This document shows positions 8,583-17,844 of a DNA stretch of 32,000 bases, in pieces. A program made the position numbers and the translations under genes. A model generated the notes under the pieces. That model was not told the DNA's origin. It saw nothing but the letters and a program-made list of their open reading frames with translations, and did no database searches. Position 1 is the first letter of the stretch. Each line of letters starts with the position of its first letter. The stretch is from Geobacter metallireducens GS-15 (GTDB lineage: Bacteria; Desulfobacterota; Desulfuromonadia; Geobacterales; Geobacteraceae), in NCBI RefSeq assembly GCF_000012925.1, contig NC_007517.1, positions 3,210,001-3,242,000 on the forward strand. The letters are read 5' to 3'.

Positions 8583-9452
8583 ATGAATGCTGTAAGACGC
8601 ATCAGGCTCTTTGCCGTTGCTGGCCTGACCCTGGCAGTGTCACTCTGCCTGGGCGCGGGAAGCCCGGTCAAGGCCGCCCCGGCCGCCCCGAAACTGGTTC
8701 AGGACGACTGCGTGAAGTGTCACGCCAAACCCCCGGCAGACATCGCCAGCGCCGGTGCCGGCCACAAAAAGATCACCTGCTTCGACTGCCACGCCGGTCA
8801 CCGTCCCGCATCGCAGAACAACATTCCCAAGTGCAGCCAGTGTCACACCGGCAAGAAGCACTATGAGCTCCCCAACTGTCTCGGGTGCCACAAGAATCCC
8901 CACACCCCGCTCAACATCATCCTTTCCGGCAACCTCACCGAGCCGTGCCTGAGCTGCCATACCCAGCAGATCGAGCAACTCAAGCAGTTCCCGAGCAAGC
9001 ACTCCAAGCTCTTCTGCTCCACCTGCCACAACGTCCACGGCAAAATTCCGGCCTGTACCCAGTGCCACAAGCCCCACTATGCCGAGCAGACCGCCGGCGA
9101 CTGCAAGAAGTGCCACAAGGCCCACCAGCCCAAGAACGTTGCCTACGGCAAGGAAATCCCGAACAAAGACTGCGGCGCCTGTCACAAGAAGGCACTCGAC
9201 CTGCTGACCGCAAGCCAGGCCAAGCACAAGTCGCTGGCCTGCGTATACTGCCACCAGGACAAGCACAAGATGGTTCCGGCCTGCCAGAGCTGCCACGGCG
9301 TTCCGCACCCGGCTGCCATGATGTCCAAGTTCTCGAAGTGCGGCGAGTGCCACAACATCGCCCACGACCTGAACCACTGGAGCTCCCCGGCCAAGGCTGA
9401 GCCGGCCAAAGCCGCTCCTGCGAAGCCTACCATGAAGAAGAAGAAGAAGTAA
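8583..9452 (+). CDS. Dodecahaem c-type cytochrome (12 CXXCH), secreted
   Basis: Inner start MNAVRRIRLFAVAGLTLAVSLCLGAGSPVKA (signal peptide) with an AGAGGAGGAACG SD. There are 12 CXXCH motifs: CVKCH, CFDCH, CSQCH, CLGCH, CLSCH, CSTCH, CTQCH, CKKCH, CGACH, CVYCH, CQSCH, CGECH. The protein ends in a Lys-rich tail, KPTMKKKKK. Confidence 0.9.
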   Translation: MNAVRRIRLFAVAGLTLAVSLCLGAGSPVKAAPAAPKLVQDDCVKCHAKPPADIASAGAGHKKITCFDCHAGHRPASQNNIPKCSQCHTGKKHYELPNCLGCHKNPHTPLNIILSGNLTEPCLSCHTQQIEQLKQFPSKHSKLFCSTCHNVHGKIPACTQCHKPHYAEQTAGDCKKCHKAHQPKNVAYGKEIPNKDCGACHKKALDLLTASQAKHKSLACVYCHQDKHKMVPACQSCHGVPHPAAMMSKFSKCGECHNIAHDLNHWSSPAKAEPAKAAPAKPTMKKKKK

Positions 9453-9473
9453 CCCGTTTGAACGCTGAAAAAA

Positions 9474-9505
9474 AGGCCTGCACACTCGTTGTGCAGGCCT
9501 TTTTT
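9474..9505 (+). terminator. Rho-independent terminator of the cytochrome gene
   Basis: Stem GGCCTGCAC (9475-9483) / GTGCAGGCC (9491-9499) with a 7-nt loop, followed by TTTTTT (9500-9505). Confidence 0.8.
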
Positions 9506-9507
9506 AA

Positions 9508-10833
9508 GGTTCATCCGGGAATTCCGGGGAAAGCGGCTCTGATCTTGAGAAAGAAGTATTCGTGATCCCGGAAGCCGTAGGCCATTCTTTTGATCACCTT
9601 GATCTTGTTATTGATGCCTTCGAGGATTCCGGTGTGAAGGGGCCAGAGGCAGTGGTTGAGGATTCCTTGGAGATAGCCCTTTAGCCGGCGGGCAAACAGG
9701 ATGAGTGGCGGTATTCCACTCTCCATCGCCCTTTGGTGCCACTGCTCCCAGAATAGTCCCGCCTCTTCAATGCAGGTAAACTTCCACAGTTGCTTCAGAT
9801 CGTCTTTGAGCAGGTAGACCGTAAGGAGGCTGCGGTTTGCCTCCAACAGTTCCTGGAGGCGAAGCATGTCGTCGCCCTTGACGTTCTCGCTGTTTCGTAG
9901 CAGCAACCACCGCGATGTTTTGACTACCTTCCGTGCCTTCTTGTCTTCCTTCAGGCGGTTTGCCTCATCGACTCGCACCCTGTCGATCACTTCCCTGCCA
10001 TACTTCGCCACCACATGGAACAGGTCGTAGACTATGTCTGCCTGGGGCGAGTGCTGCTTGATTTCCTCCTCATATGATGCGTTCATATCCATCACGACCG
10101 CTTTGAGCCGTTTACAGCCATGTGGGCCAAGCTGCGTGAAGAAAGGACGGATACTCTCGCGACTCCTGCCTTTGCCGATCCATAAGACTTCCTTACGGTA
10201 TGGCTCGATGATAACCGTCGCATAGCGGTGCCCCTTGTGAAGGGCGAACTCATCCATCCCGAGAACTTCGATGTTTGAGAGGTCGACGGTGCCGACCCGC
10301 TCTGTGAGTGAGCGCTTGTCGATTTCCTTCACCTGGTCCCAAGAAAGCCCCAGATACTGCGCCACGTGCTTCACAGACACGACACCACACAGTCGCGCTA
10401 CGCTCTCTGCAAGCCTGCGCGTCACGCGGGCGTATTTCGCCAGCCATGACAGACGCTCCAGCGTTGGCCCACACTGAGGGCACAGCAGCCTGCGGCGGTG
10501 AACGATCAGATAAGTCTGAGCATCGAGAATCGGCAAATCTCGAATTACGCGCTTGGTCGTTTCATGGACGCTTGTGCAACGCCCGCCGCACGAGCCACAC
10601 ACCATCTCATCCTGGGACAGGGCAATCAGTTCTACCTCGATCCGTTTGGCATCACCTGTGACGATAGTGCGTGTCCCAGCAACACGATATCCTTCCCACC
10701 CTCCCGCAATTGCGATAACATCGGAATACGACAACGGCAGCCTCCTGCGATCTTTTTTGGTTGGGGAACCATCAAGATACCGCAGTGCTGCCGTTGTTGT
10801 TTATTAATCTTCCCCGGAATTCCCTGAAGAACC
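9508..10833 (-). mobile_element. Complete ISL3-family insertion sequence (1326 bp)
   Basis: The terminal inverted repeats are GGTTCATCCGGGAATTCCGGGGAA (9508-9531) and the reverse complement of 10810-10833 (GGTTCTTCAGGGAATTCCGGGGAA), matching at 22/24 positions. The element is flanked by an identical 8-bp direct repeat TTTTTTAA at 9500-9507 and 10834-10841. It carries a single transposase ORF, and its GC content is visibly lower than the surroundings. Confidence 0.9.
9511..10734 (-). CDS. ISL3-family DDE transposase (407 aa)
   Basis: The N-terminus has a zinc-finger-like CGSCGGRC...CPQCG. The body (EVLGMDEFALHKGHRYATVIIE..., VVMDMNASYEEEI, DLFHVV, LEGINNKIKVIKRMAYGFRD) is typical of ISL3 transposases. 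The stop codon lies inside the left IR. Confidence 0.9.
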   Translation of the reverse strand: MSYSDVIAIAGGWEGYRVAGTRTIVTGDAKRIEVELIALSQDEMVCGSCGGRCTSVHETTKRVIRDLPILDAQTYLIVHRRRLLCPQCGPTLERLSWLAKYARVTRRLAESVARLCGVVSVKHVAQYLGLSWDQVKEIDKRSLTERVGTVDLSNIEVLGMDEFALHKGHRYATVIIEPYRKEVLWIGKGRSRESIRPFFTQLGPHGCKRLKAVVMDMNASYEEEIKQHSPQADIVYDLFHVVAKYGREVIDRVRVDEANRLKEDKKARKVVKTSRWLLLRNSENVKGDDMLRLQELLEANRSLLTVYLLKDDLKQLWKFTCIEEAGLFWEQWHQRAMESGIPPLILFARRLKGYLQGILNHCLWPLHTGILEGINNKIKVIKRMAYGFRDHEYFFLKIRAAFPGIPG

Positions 10834-11066
10834 TTTTTTAATTACCCTGACTTGCAGCAGTTACCGCCCCCACTCTGCCGGACGGCCTGTTTCGGCTGCT
10901 CGACGGCTCATTCGCTGCAGTAGGAACAGCCCTTACAACCTCATCGAGACCCGTTTCCGCTGCCCAACGGTTCGCTCTTCCCGATCACAGCCACTCCCCC
11001 ACCCCTCATCGTCCTGAGTTGTTTTCAGCCGTATTAACGGTTCCTGGATGGAGCGCGCCCGTGCAT

Positions 11067-11098
11067 AAAAAAGGGCGGTTCCCCTACGGAAACCGCCC
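11067..11098 (-). terminator. Rho-independent terminator downstream of rplI
   Basis: The minus strand reads GGGCGGTT-TCCGTAGGGG-AACCGCCC followed by TTTTTT. Confidence 0.7.
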
Positions 11099-11128
11099 TC
11101 AATCAACACAAACACAGCCTTCTGAGAT

Positions 11129-11575
11129 TTAGTCTGCCTTGGTGATCACCACTTTCAGAGCCGCTGCAACCTCCGGGTGTACCTTGACAGAAGCGGTGTA
11201 CTCACCGACATGTTTGATCGGCTCTGCAAGAACGATCTTCTTCCGATCGATCTCAACACCTTGGGCTTTCAGGTGCTCGGCCAACTCCATGTTGGTGACG
11301 GCCCCGAACAGCTTCCCTTCCTCGCCTGCCTGGTGAGTGATTGCAATGGTCAGTCCCTCGATCTTGGCAGCAAGCCCCTTTGCCTGCTCGAGAACCTTAT
11401 TGCGCTTATACTCGAGCTGACGCTTGGCGTGCTCAAGGGCCTTGGCATTCTTCTCGGTGGCTTCGGTCGCATACCCCCGCGGCAGGAGGTAGTTGCGGGC
11501 ATAGCCCGGCGCGACCTTCACGATGTCGCCGATGTGACCGAGGTTTTCCAGATTTTCTTTGAGAATTACTTTCAT
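11129..11575 (-). CDS. rplI: 50S ribosomal protein L9
   Basis: 148 aa, MKVILKENLENLGHIGDIVKVAPGYARNYLLPRGYA..., the canonical L9 N-terminus. Confidence 0.95.
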   Translation of the reverse strand: MKVILKENLENLGHIGDIVKVAPGYARNYLLPRGYATEATEKNAKALEHAKRQLEYKRNKVLEQAKGLAAKIEGLTIAITHQAGEEGKLFGAVTNMELAEHLKAQGVEIDRKKIVLAEPIKHVGEYTASVKVHPEVAAALKVVITKAD

Positions 11576-11599
11576 TGTTGTTTCCTCCCAGCCTGAATG

Positions 11600-12547
11600 T
11601 TACAGGTTTTCATGAATTCGCGGCCTGCGGAAGTTCGCCCAGAGGTCAAAAAGGCCAAGAAGCGCTACCGCCAGAACCAGATACGCCTGCAGCAGGAGCA
11701 GGACATAGAAAAAAATCTTGAAGAACGCCGGCACTCTGTAGCTCGCAAAAAAATGGGCAACCACGGCGAGCCCCTGCAAAAAATAAAGAAAACCGGCAAC
11801 GACCACTACATTGAAAGCTACCGTCTGAACGACGCCATTGTCGATCAGGAGGGCAAAACCGGCGGCAATCAATCCCCACACCAGATGCTCGGGATTTTTG
11901 AAGCTGCTGAACGGGGTGACTGGAAGTTTGACCGTCAGCCCTTCCCGGAACCGGCGAAGTATGAGTAGATTGATCCCGGCCACTGCTGCGAGACTAACCA
12001 GGAGCATTGCCGGATATATCTGCCCAAAGATGTCGCCAACCTGTCGTAGGCCTTCTTTAAGGAACTGGAGATCTTCACCCGACGCGCCCTTTGCCTTGTA
12101 AAGAGCAAGGGTCTGTTCCAGATTTGTCTTGATCGCTATAGTCACCTGATGGTGAAGATCTATTCCGGCCGCAATTCCATAGCCGGCAACAGAAATAGTG
12201 GCGACCAGTGCCACCGTCAGTACCGCTGAGGCAAGTGCGCGACTGACACTGTGCCCCCGCGCCAGAAAGTGGGGCAAAGCAACCGAAAAGAGCCCTGCCT
12301 GAAGCAGATACAGGACAGCTACCGGCATGCCGCCAACCAGAATGAGAATCAGAGCTATTGCGGAAATTGCAATAGCTCCGACCATCCAGCGCCCCGACTT
12401 CAGTTGATAATAGAGAACGGGAAGGGGAGCCACAACTCCCGCTATCATTCCCAGCAGAGGGACCTGCAGGTAGGCGATGAAAATAACTACCGACAGGCAC
12501 ACACCCTTGACGATATCGAGGATGATACCCCGGTCGCCAGTTACCAT
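11600..12547 (-). CDS. DUF2232 (YybS-like) polytopic membrane protein
   Basis: 315 aa with multiple hydrophobic helices. The position between rpsR and rplI matches the conserved rpsF-rpsR-(yybS)-rplI arrangement. Confidence 0.7.
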   Translation of the reverse strand: MVTGDRGIILDIVKGVCLSVVIFIAYLQVPLLGMIAGVVAPLPVLYYQLKSGRWMVGAIAISAIALILILVGGMPVAVLYLLQAGLFSVALPHFLARGHSVSRALASAVLTVALVATISVAGYGIAAGIDLHHQVTIAIKTNLEQTLALYKAKGASGEDLQFLKEGLRQVGDIFGQIYPAMLLVSLAAVAGINLLILRRFREGLTVKLPVTPFSSFKNPEHLVWGLIAAGFALLIDNGVVQTVAFNVVVVAGFLYFLQGLAVVAHFFASYRVPAFFKIFFYVLLLLQAYLVLAVALLGLFDLWANFRRPRIHENL

Positions 12548-12562
12548 TGAGCGTTCCGCCGC

Positions 12563-12883
12563 TTACGCGACAACGTGCGTGGAGGCAATCGGAATCAGGG
12601 CAATGTTGCGCGCCCGCTTGATCGCTTCGGTAATCTCACGCTGGTGCTTGGAGCAGTTACCGGAAATCCGGCGAGGGACGATCTTGCCCCGCTCGGTAAT
12701 GAAGGAGCGGAGGACGCGAGGGTCTTTGTAGTCAATGACGAGATCCTTGTCCGCGCAGAAGCGGCAAACTTTCCGGCGCTGGAAGGGTCTTCTCTTGCGC
12801 GGGCCGTTGCCGCGGTACTGGGGCCGTTCGGGCCGCTCGGATCTTTCAGTTCTTTCGGGTCTTACAGTAGTTTCTTCGCTCAT
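12563..12883 (-). CDS. rpsR: 30S ribosomal protein S18 (with an Arg/Glu-rich N-terminal extension)
   Basis: The 106-aa ORF ends ...[62 protein letters not shown]. Confidence 0.95.
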   Translation of the reverse strand: MSEETTVRPERTERSERPERPQYRGNGPRKRRPFQRRKVCRFCADKDLVIDYKDPRVLRSFITERGKIVPRRISGNCSKHQREITEAIKRARNIALIPIASTHVVA

Positions 12884-12904
12884 CTATCCTGAACCTCCGA
12901 TCTC

Positions 12905-13261
12905 TTATTCAGCGGCTTCGGCGGCCGGCGCCGTTTCAACAGGAGCAACCTTCGCTGCGGGTGCTGCGGTTTCCTTCTCGATCTTCACGCTCTGGTAGCG
13001 CAGGACCTTGTCATCAAGGCGCAGACGCCGCTCCAGTTCTGCGATCAGAGCAGCGTCACCGTCGAAGCGGACGTAGTAGTACCGGCCCCGCGCACTCTTG
13101 TTGATCGGGTATGCGAGTTTCCTCACCCCCCAGTCCTCCAGCCGATGGAGATCGCCCTTCATCGTGGCAATGATGTCCGTCACCTTGGCATTGAGCCCCT
13201 TGAGCTCATCGTCGCCAAGGTCCGGCTGGACGATCACTACCGTCTCATACTTCCGTACCAT
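12905..13261 (-). CDS. rpsF: 30S ribosomal protein S6
   Basis: Inner start MVRKYETVVIVQPDLGDDE... with a GAGGAGG SD. The 5' extension of ORF 12905..13309 is not supported. Confidence 0.9.
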   Translation of the reverse strand: MVRKYETVVIVQPDLGDDELKGLNAKVTDIIATMKGDLHRLEDWGVRKLAYPINKSARGRYYYVRFDGDAALIAELERRLRLDDKVLRYQSVKIEKETAAPAAKVAPVETAPAAEAAE

Positions 13262-13343
13262 GTGTATTTCCTCCTCGCGGATTATTAGCCCCGGTCCGAC
13301 CCGGAGCAAGGAGCGTGCGGCCTAAGGCCGCTGCAAAAAAAGA

Positions 13344-13372
13344 AATTTACTACAGCTTACCCGGCTATTCAA
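13344..13372 (-). promoter_or_regulatory. Candidate sigma70 promoter TTGAAT-N17-TAAATT for rpsF-rpsR-DUF2232-rplI
   Basis: Read on the minus strand. It leaves a leader of about 75 nt containing two stable hairpins. Confidence 0.45.
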
Positions 13373-13417
13373 GAATTTTATCGTGATATGCGCCCAAGCG
13401 GCCAATCGACTTACTAT

Positions 13418-14512
13418 CTACACGTTGAACCGGAAGTGCATGACGTCGCCATCCTGAACAACGTACTCTTTCCCTTCGAGGCGCATGAGCCCTTTTTCCT
13501 TGGCTCCCGTCTCGCCGCCTGCAGCCACAAAGTCACGGTAGGCGATTACTTCGGCGCGAATAAACCCCTTCTCGAAATCCGAGTGGATGACTCCAGCTGC
13601 CTGGGGCGCCTTGGTGCCGGCCGGGATGGTCCAGGCACGGACCTCTTTCTTGCCAGCAGTGAAATAGGTAATGAGCCCGAGGAGATCGTATCCCATCCGG
13701 ATCAGGCGGTCGAGCCCCGACTCGGCGAGCCCCATTTCGGCAAGAAACACCTTCTTTTCGTCTCCGTCGAGTTCGGCTATCTCGGACTCGATCCGACCAC
13801 AGATAACAACGACCCGGGCACCTTCACTCTCGGCCAGGTCCCGCACTTTGGCGACAAAGGGGTGCGCCCCCTCCAGGTCGTCCTCGGCGACGTTGGCGAC
13901 GTAGAGGACCGGCTTATCGGTCAGCAGATGCAGATCGCGCATCCAGAGGCGCTCATCGTCACCCACCTCAACGTGCCGCCCGGGAGTGCCTTTCTCCAGC
14001 GCCCCCTTGACGCGGGCGTAAAACTCGCTTTCATCCTTGAGCTTCCGGTCACCGCCCTTGGCCTGCTTCTCGACGCGCTGGAATTTTTTCTCCACGCTGT
14101 CCAGATCAGCCAGAGCCAGTTCGGTCTGAATCACCTCGATATCACGGATCGGATCAACACTCCCGCTCACATGCACCACATTCTCGTCATCAAAACAGCG
14201 GACCACATGGACAATGGCATCCACCGAACGGATGTGCCCGAGGAACTGGTTGCCGAGCCCCTCCCCTTGGCTTGCTCCCTTGACCAGTCCCGCAATATCG
14301 ACGAACTCGATGGTGGTGGGGAGTATCCGCTCTGGATTGACGATTTCAGCCAATCGCTCCAGCCGCTCGTCGGGAACCTGAACGATGCCGACGTTGGGGT
14401 CGATGGTGCAGAAGGGATAATTTGCCGACTCGGCCCCAGCAGAGGTCAGTGCATTAAAGATGGTAGACTTTCCCACGTTGGGAAGTCCGACGATACCGCA
14501 GTTAAAACCCAT
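13418..14512 (-). CDS. ychF: Ribosome-binding ATPase YchF
   Basis: 364 aa, [23 protein letters not shown]...; the C-terminal TGS-like ...[15 protein letters not shown] is the YchF hallmark. Confidence 0.95.
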   Translation of the reverse strand: MGFNCGIVGLPNVGKSTIFNALTSAGAESANYPFCTIDPNVGIVQVPDERLERLAEIVNPERILPTTIEFVDIAGLVKGASQGEGLGNQFLGHIRSVDAIVHVVRCFDDENVVHVSGSVDPIRDIEVIQTELALADLDSVEKKFQRVEKQAKGGDRKLKDESEFYARVKGALEKGTPGRHVEVGDDERLWMRDLHLLTDKPVLYVANVAEDDLEGAHPFVAKVRDLAESEGARVVVICGRIESEIAELDGDEKKVFLAEMGLAESGLDRLIRMGYDLLGLITYFTAGKKEVRAWTIPAGTKAPQAAGVIHSDFEKGFIRAEVIAYRDFVAAGGETGAKEKGLMRLEGKEYVVQDGDVMHFRFNV

Positions 14513-14554
14513 GGTGCATTCTTCTTTCGCGTTGGAATGACAGCAGGAGGGAGA

Positions 14555-15139
14555 TCAGGCTGCCGGTAGAAAATCCTTGTTGTTATAAAGGCTCATGGTC
14601 CGCGGGAGTCCGTTCCTTACGAGTTCCCCGAGAAGATCAACCACACCGTCCAGGAGCGCAGGAAGACCGGCCATTTCTGCAGAAGAAAAATTGGCGAGGA
14701 CATAATCGGCGGCATCGCCGCGCAAGGGCCTCCCCACACCGATTCTGATCCGCACGAAACCGCCGCCACCCAACTCCTGCATAAGGGAACGGAGACCGTT
14801 ATGCCCACCATGCCCTCCCCCCTCCTTGAGCTTTACTCGGCCAAAGGGGATGTCGAGGTCGTCATGGATCACGATCAGGTCGGAAAGGGTCAGCTTGTGG
14901 AAGCGGAGTGCCTCGGCCGCGGATCTCCCGGAGAGATTCATGAAGGTCTGTGGCTTGAGCAGCAGCAGGCGATCACCATGCCAGCTTCCCTCACCATACA
15001 GCCCGGAGAAGCTCTTCTTGGCGACCGAAGTCCCCATAACGCGGGAAAGGTGGTCTAAAACCATGAAACCCGCGTTATGGCGGGTCCATTGGTACTTCGG
15101 GCCGGGATTTCCCAGCCCGATTATAAGTCTTGTAGCCAT
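14555..15139 (-). CDS. pth: Peptidyl-tRNA hydrolase
   Basis: 194 aa, LIIGLGNPGPKYQWTRHNAGFMVLD and GGHGGHNGLRS motifs. Confidence 0.95.
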   Translation of the reverse strand: MATRLIIGLGNPGPKYQWTRHNAGFMVLDHLSRVMGTSVAKKSFSGLYGEGSWHGDRLLLLKPQTFMNLSGRSAAEALRFHKLTLSDLIVIHDDLDIPFGRVKLKEGGGHGGHNGLRSLMQELGGGGFVRIRIGVGRPLRGDAADYVLANFSSAEMAGLPALLDGVVDLLGELVRNGLPRTMSLYNNKDFLPAA

Positions 15140-15162
15140 TAGTGCACTATGCGGCGAGGAGG

Positions 15163-15750
15163 TTACCCCTCCTCGACAGTTACCTCTTCCTTGGTCTTGC
15201 CATGGACGCTAACGATGGTAGCCTTCGGATCGTCGAGGGCTTTGACGCCGGCAGCAAGAACCAGTTCGCCCACGTGGATGGCATGGCCGATGGCCAGATT
15301 GGTCACGTCCACCTCAACGTGCTCGGGGATCTGTGAGGGGAGGCACTCCAGGTCCAGCGAATGCATGACCAGCTCGAGCATGCCCCCCTCCTTGGCACCC
15401 AGAGCAGTACCGATGAGCGCTACCGGAACGTGAACCCGAACCTTCTCATCCATGTTGATCTTGTGGAAGTCCACCGAAATAAAGGTTCCCTTGAGGGGAG
15501 CCTTCTGAAGATCGGCAACGATAACCGTGTTCCCATTGAGGCTTCCTCCCCCCTGGAGAGAGATCAGGTTGTTGCGGCCCCCCTCACCAACGATGGCGGC
15601 GGCCAGTTCCTTGGCATCCACGGACACGGCAACCGGCTCGATACCCTTGCCATACACAACACCGGGAACGCGCCCGACAGCCCGAAGTTTCCGGGAAACG
15701 CCTTTACCGGCCTTTTCCCTCTGCTCTATGCTTATGGTTTTCTGTTGCAT
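15163..15750 (-). CDS. rplY: 50S ribosomal protein L25 / general stress protein Ctc
   Basis: Inner start MQQKTISIEQREKAGKGVSRKLRAVGRVPGVVYG with a GGAGGAAATC SD. Confidence 0.9.
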   Translation of the reverse strand: MQQKTISIEQREKAGKGVSRKLRAVGRVPGVVYGKGIEPVAVSVDAKELAAAIVGEGGRNNLISLQGGGSLNGNTVIVADLQKAPLKGTFISVDFHKINMDEKVRVHVPVALIGTALGAKEGGMLELVMHSLDLECLPSQIPEHVEVDVTNLAIGHAIHVGELVLAAGVKALDDPKATIVSVHGKTKEEVTVEEG

Positions 15751-15809
15751 GATTTCCTCCGCTACCAGCGATTCAGATTCTATTCCACTGCGGACAGAGC
15801 CGCACGAAA

Positions 15810-16754
15810 TCAAACGAAGAGTGAACTTACCGACTCGTCAGAATGGATACGACGAATGGCCTCGGCAAGGAGGTCCGCAACGGTCAGCACTTTAATCTTA
15901 TTGGTTCTCTCGGCCTTGTCCCCAAGAGGCACGGTATCGGTAATAACGACCGCCTCGATGTCGGAACCATTGATCCGATCAATGGCAGGCCCCGAGAGAA
16001 CCCCATGGGTGGCACAGGCATAGATAGCTTTCGCCCCATGTTCTTTCAGCGCCTTGGCAGCCTGGGTAAGGGTGCCGGCTGTGTCAATCATGTCGTCAAG
16101 TATAATGGCAGTCTTGTCCTTCACATCGCCAATCAGGTGCATGACTTCGGCCACGTTGGGGCCGGTACGGCGCTTGTCGATAACCGCCAGGGTACAACCC
16201 AAGCGCTTGGCAAAGGCCCTGGCCCGCTCGGTGCCGCCGGCATCGGGAGAAACCATGACAATGCCATTCTCGGGAAAACGCTGCTTGAGATTCTCCAGGA
16301 TTACCGGCGCGGCATAGAGGTTGTCGACCGGGATATTAAAGAATCCTTGAATTTGACCGGCATGAAGGTCGACCGTCACCACCCGATCAGCGCCGGAGGT
16401 CGTAACAAGGTCGGCTACGAGCTTCGAGGTGATGGGGGTCCGGGGGGCAGCCTTGCGATCCTGACGTGCATAGCCGTAGTAGGGGATAACCGCAGTGATG
16501 GTGGCCGCCGACGCTCGCTTCAGGGCGTCATTCATAATGAGCAGCTCCATCAAATTATTGTTGGTTGGCGCACAGGTGGACTGAACCACGTAGATATCAC
16601 GTCCGCGCACGTTTTCGGCAATCTCAACCATGATCTCGCCATCGGAGAAATTCTTGACATTGGCCTTCCCGAGGGGGAGACCAAGATTTTCGCAGATCTT
16701 CTCCGCAAGCTGCCGATTGGAATTGCCGCTGAACACCTTGATCTTGTCGTTCAT
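15810..16754 (-). CDS. prs: Ribose-phosphate pyrophosphokinase
   Basis: Starts [26 protein letters not shown].... It has the PRPP-binding loop [14 protein letters not shown]. The start is placed at the ATG at 16752-16754 by N-terminal similarity to known Prs proteins; the TTG at 16772 is an alternative. Confidence 0.92.
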   Translation of the reverse strand: MNDKIKVFSGNSNRQLAEKICENLGLPLGKANVKNFSDGEIMVEIAENVRGRDIYVVQSTCAPTNNNLMELLIMNDALKRASAATITAVIPYYGYARQDRKAAPRTPITSKLVADLVTTSGADRVVTVDLHAGQIQGFFNIPVDNLYAAPVILENLKQRFPENGIVMVSPDAGGTERARAFAKRLGCTLAVIDKRRTGPNVAEVMHLIGDVKDKTAIILDDMIDTAGTLTQAAKALKEHGAKAIYACATHGVLSGPAIDRINGSDIEAVVITDTVPLGDKAERTNKIKVLTVADLLAEAIRRIHSDESVSSLFV

Positions 16755-16814
16755 ACGCTGCCTTGCCCGCAAATTTATTTTCCTGCGGCGACCCGCAGAT
16801 GATACTGGAATAAG

Positions 16815-16889
16815 TGGCTGGGGTGCAAGGATTCGAACCTTGGAATGCCGGAATCAAAATCCGGTGCCTTACCGCTTGGCTACACCCCA
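16815..16889 (-). tRNA. tRNA-Gln (anticodon UUG)
   Basis: The minus strand reads TGGGGTGTAGCCAAGCGGTAAGGCACCGGATTTTGATTCCGGCATTCCAAGGTTCGAATCCTTGCACCCCAGCCA. It folds as a cloverleaf with anticodon loop TTTTGAT, has a GGTTCGAATCC T-arm and an encoded CCA, and is near-identical in pattern to E. coli tRNA-Gln. Confidence 0.93.
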
Positions 16890-16920
16890 GTGTGGTATTG
16901 TACTGCCTGGCAACGGCCAA

Positions 16921-17766
16921 TCACACCAAAGCCCTGACTGCCACTACGAACCAGTCGGATGAATTGGTAATGGACTGGGCCGCGCCACGTGCCTCCTCCT
17001 CGGAAGCGAAAAGTCCGAAAACCGTGGGACCACTGCCGGACATAAGTGCCCCAGCAGCCCCTGCGGCGACCAGTCGCTCCTTGATTTCACCGATTACCGG
17101 ATACCGCTCGATGGTCACCAATTCGAGATCATTGGCGAGGACGGCACAGACATCCGCTACATCCTTAAAGAAGCGAGGAATAGTATCGCCATTCCACTCA
17201 CCTGTCAACCGTAAACTTTGGTACACCCAGGCAGTCGACACCGGAATATTGGGGTTAACGATCACAAGCCAGAGGGGTGGGACGGCGTCTATTGCCGTGA
17301 GTACTTCCCCAATCCCCTCGGCCAAGGCCGTCTTGCCGAAGACGAAGAACGGCACGTCGGCACCCAGCGTCACGCCGACCTCCATGAGCCGCTCGATGGA
17401 GAGGCCGAGTCCCAGAAGTTCGTTCACCCCCAGAAGAACCGTGGCCGCGTCGCTGCTCCCGCCGCCAAGCCCGGCAGCAACGGGGATGTTCTTGGTAATG
17501 GCGATATCGATCCCCGTTTCCAGCCCGGAGAGAGCCAGAAGCGCGTTGGCGGCCCGCCAAGCGATGTTTTCCGGACCGTCGGGTACCCCTTCGCGGCCAC
17601 AGGTGACCCGGACACCGGAAGTGTCGGACAAAGTAATCGTAATCTCGTCGCAGAGATCGATCCGCTGCATGATCATCCGGAGGTCGTGGTAGCCGTCAGG
17701 CCGACGGCGGAGCACGTCGAGCCGGTAGTTGACCTTGGCGGGGGCCTTGAGCGTCAGGGATTTCAT
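16921..17766 (-). CDS. ispE: 4-diphosphocytidyl-2-C-methyl-D-erythritol kinase
   Basis: 281 aa, [22 protein letters not shown] and the GHMP-kinase motif [15 protein letters not shown]. Confidence 0.93.
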   Translation of the reverse strand: MKSLTLKAPAKVNYRLDVLRRRPDGYHDLRMIMQRIDLCDEITITLSDTSGVRVTCGREGVPDGPENIAWRAANALLALSGLETGIDIAITKNIPVAAGLGGGSSDAATVLLGVNELLGLGLSIERLMEVGVTLGADVPFFVFGKTALAEGIGEVLTAIDAVPPLWLVIVNPNIPVSTAWVYQSLRLTGEWNGDTIPRFFKDVADVCAVLANDLELVTIERYPVIGEIKERLVAAGAAGALMSGSGPTVFGLFASEEEARGAAQSITNSSDWFVVAVRALV

Positions 17767-17844
17767 GGGGGCATCACTTTCTGTGAAAGGGTGGAAAGGT
17801 ATCTTTCTAAACCAAAACTGCGCGACAAATCAAGGCATATCTCT

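Noticed and set aside
10933-11115. 60-aa minus-strand ORF next to rplI.
   Set aside because: It reads through the rplI rho-independent terminator, has no SD and shows poor codon bias.
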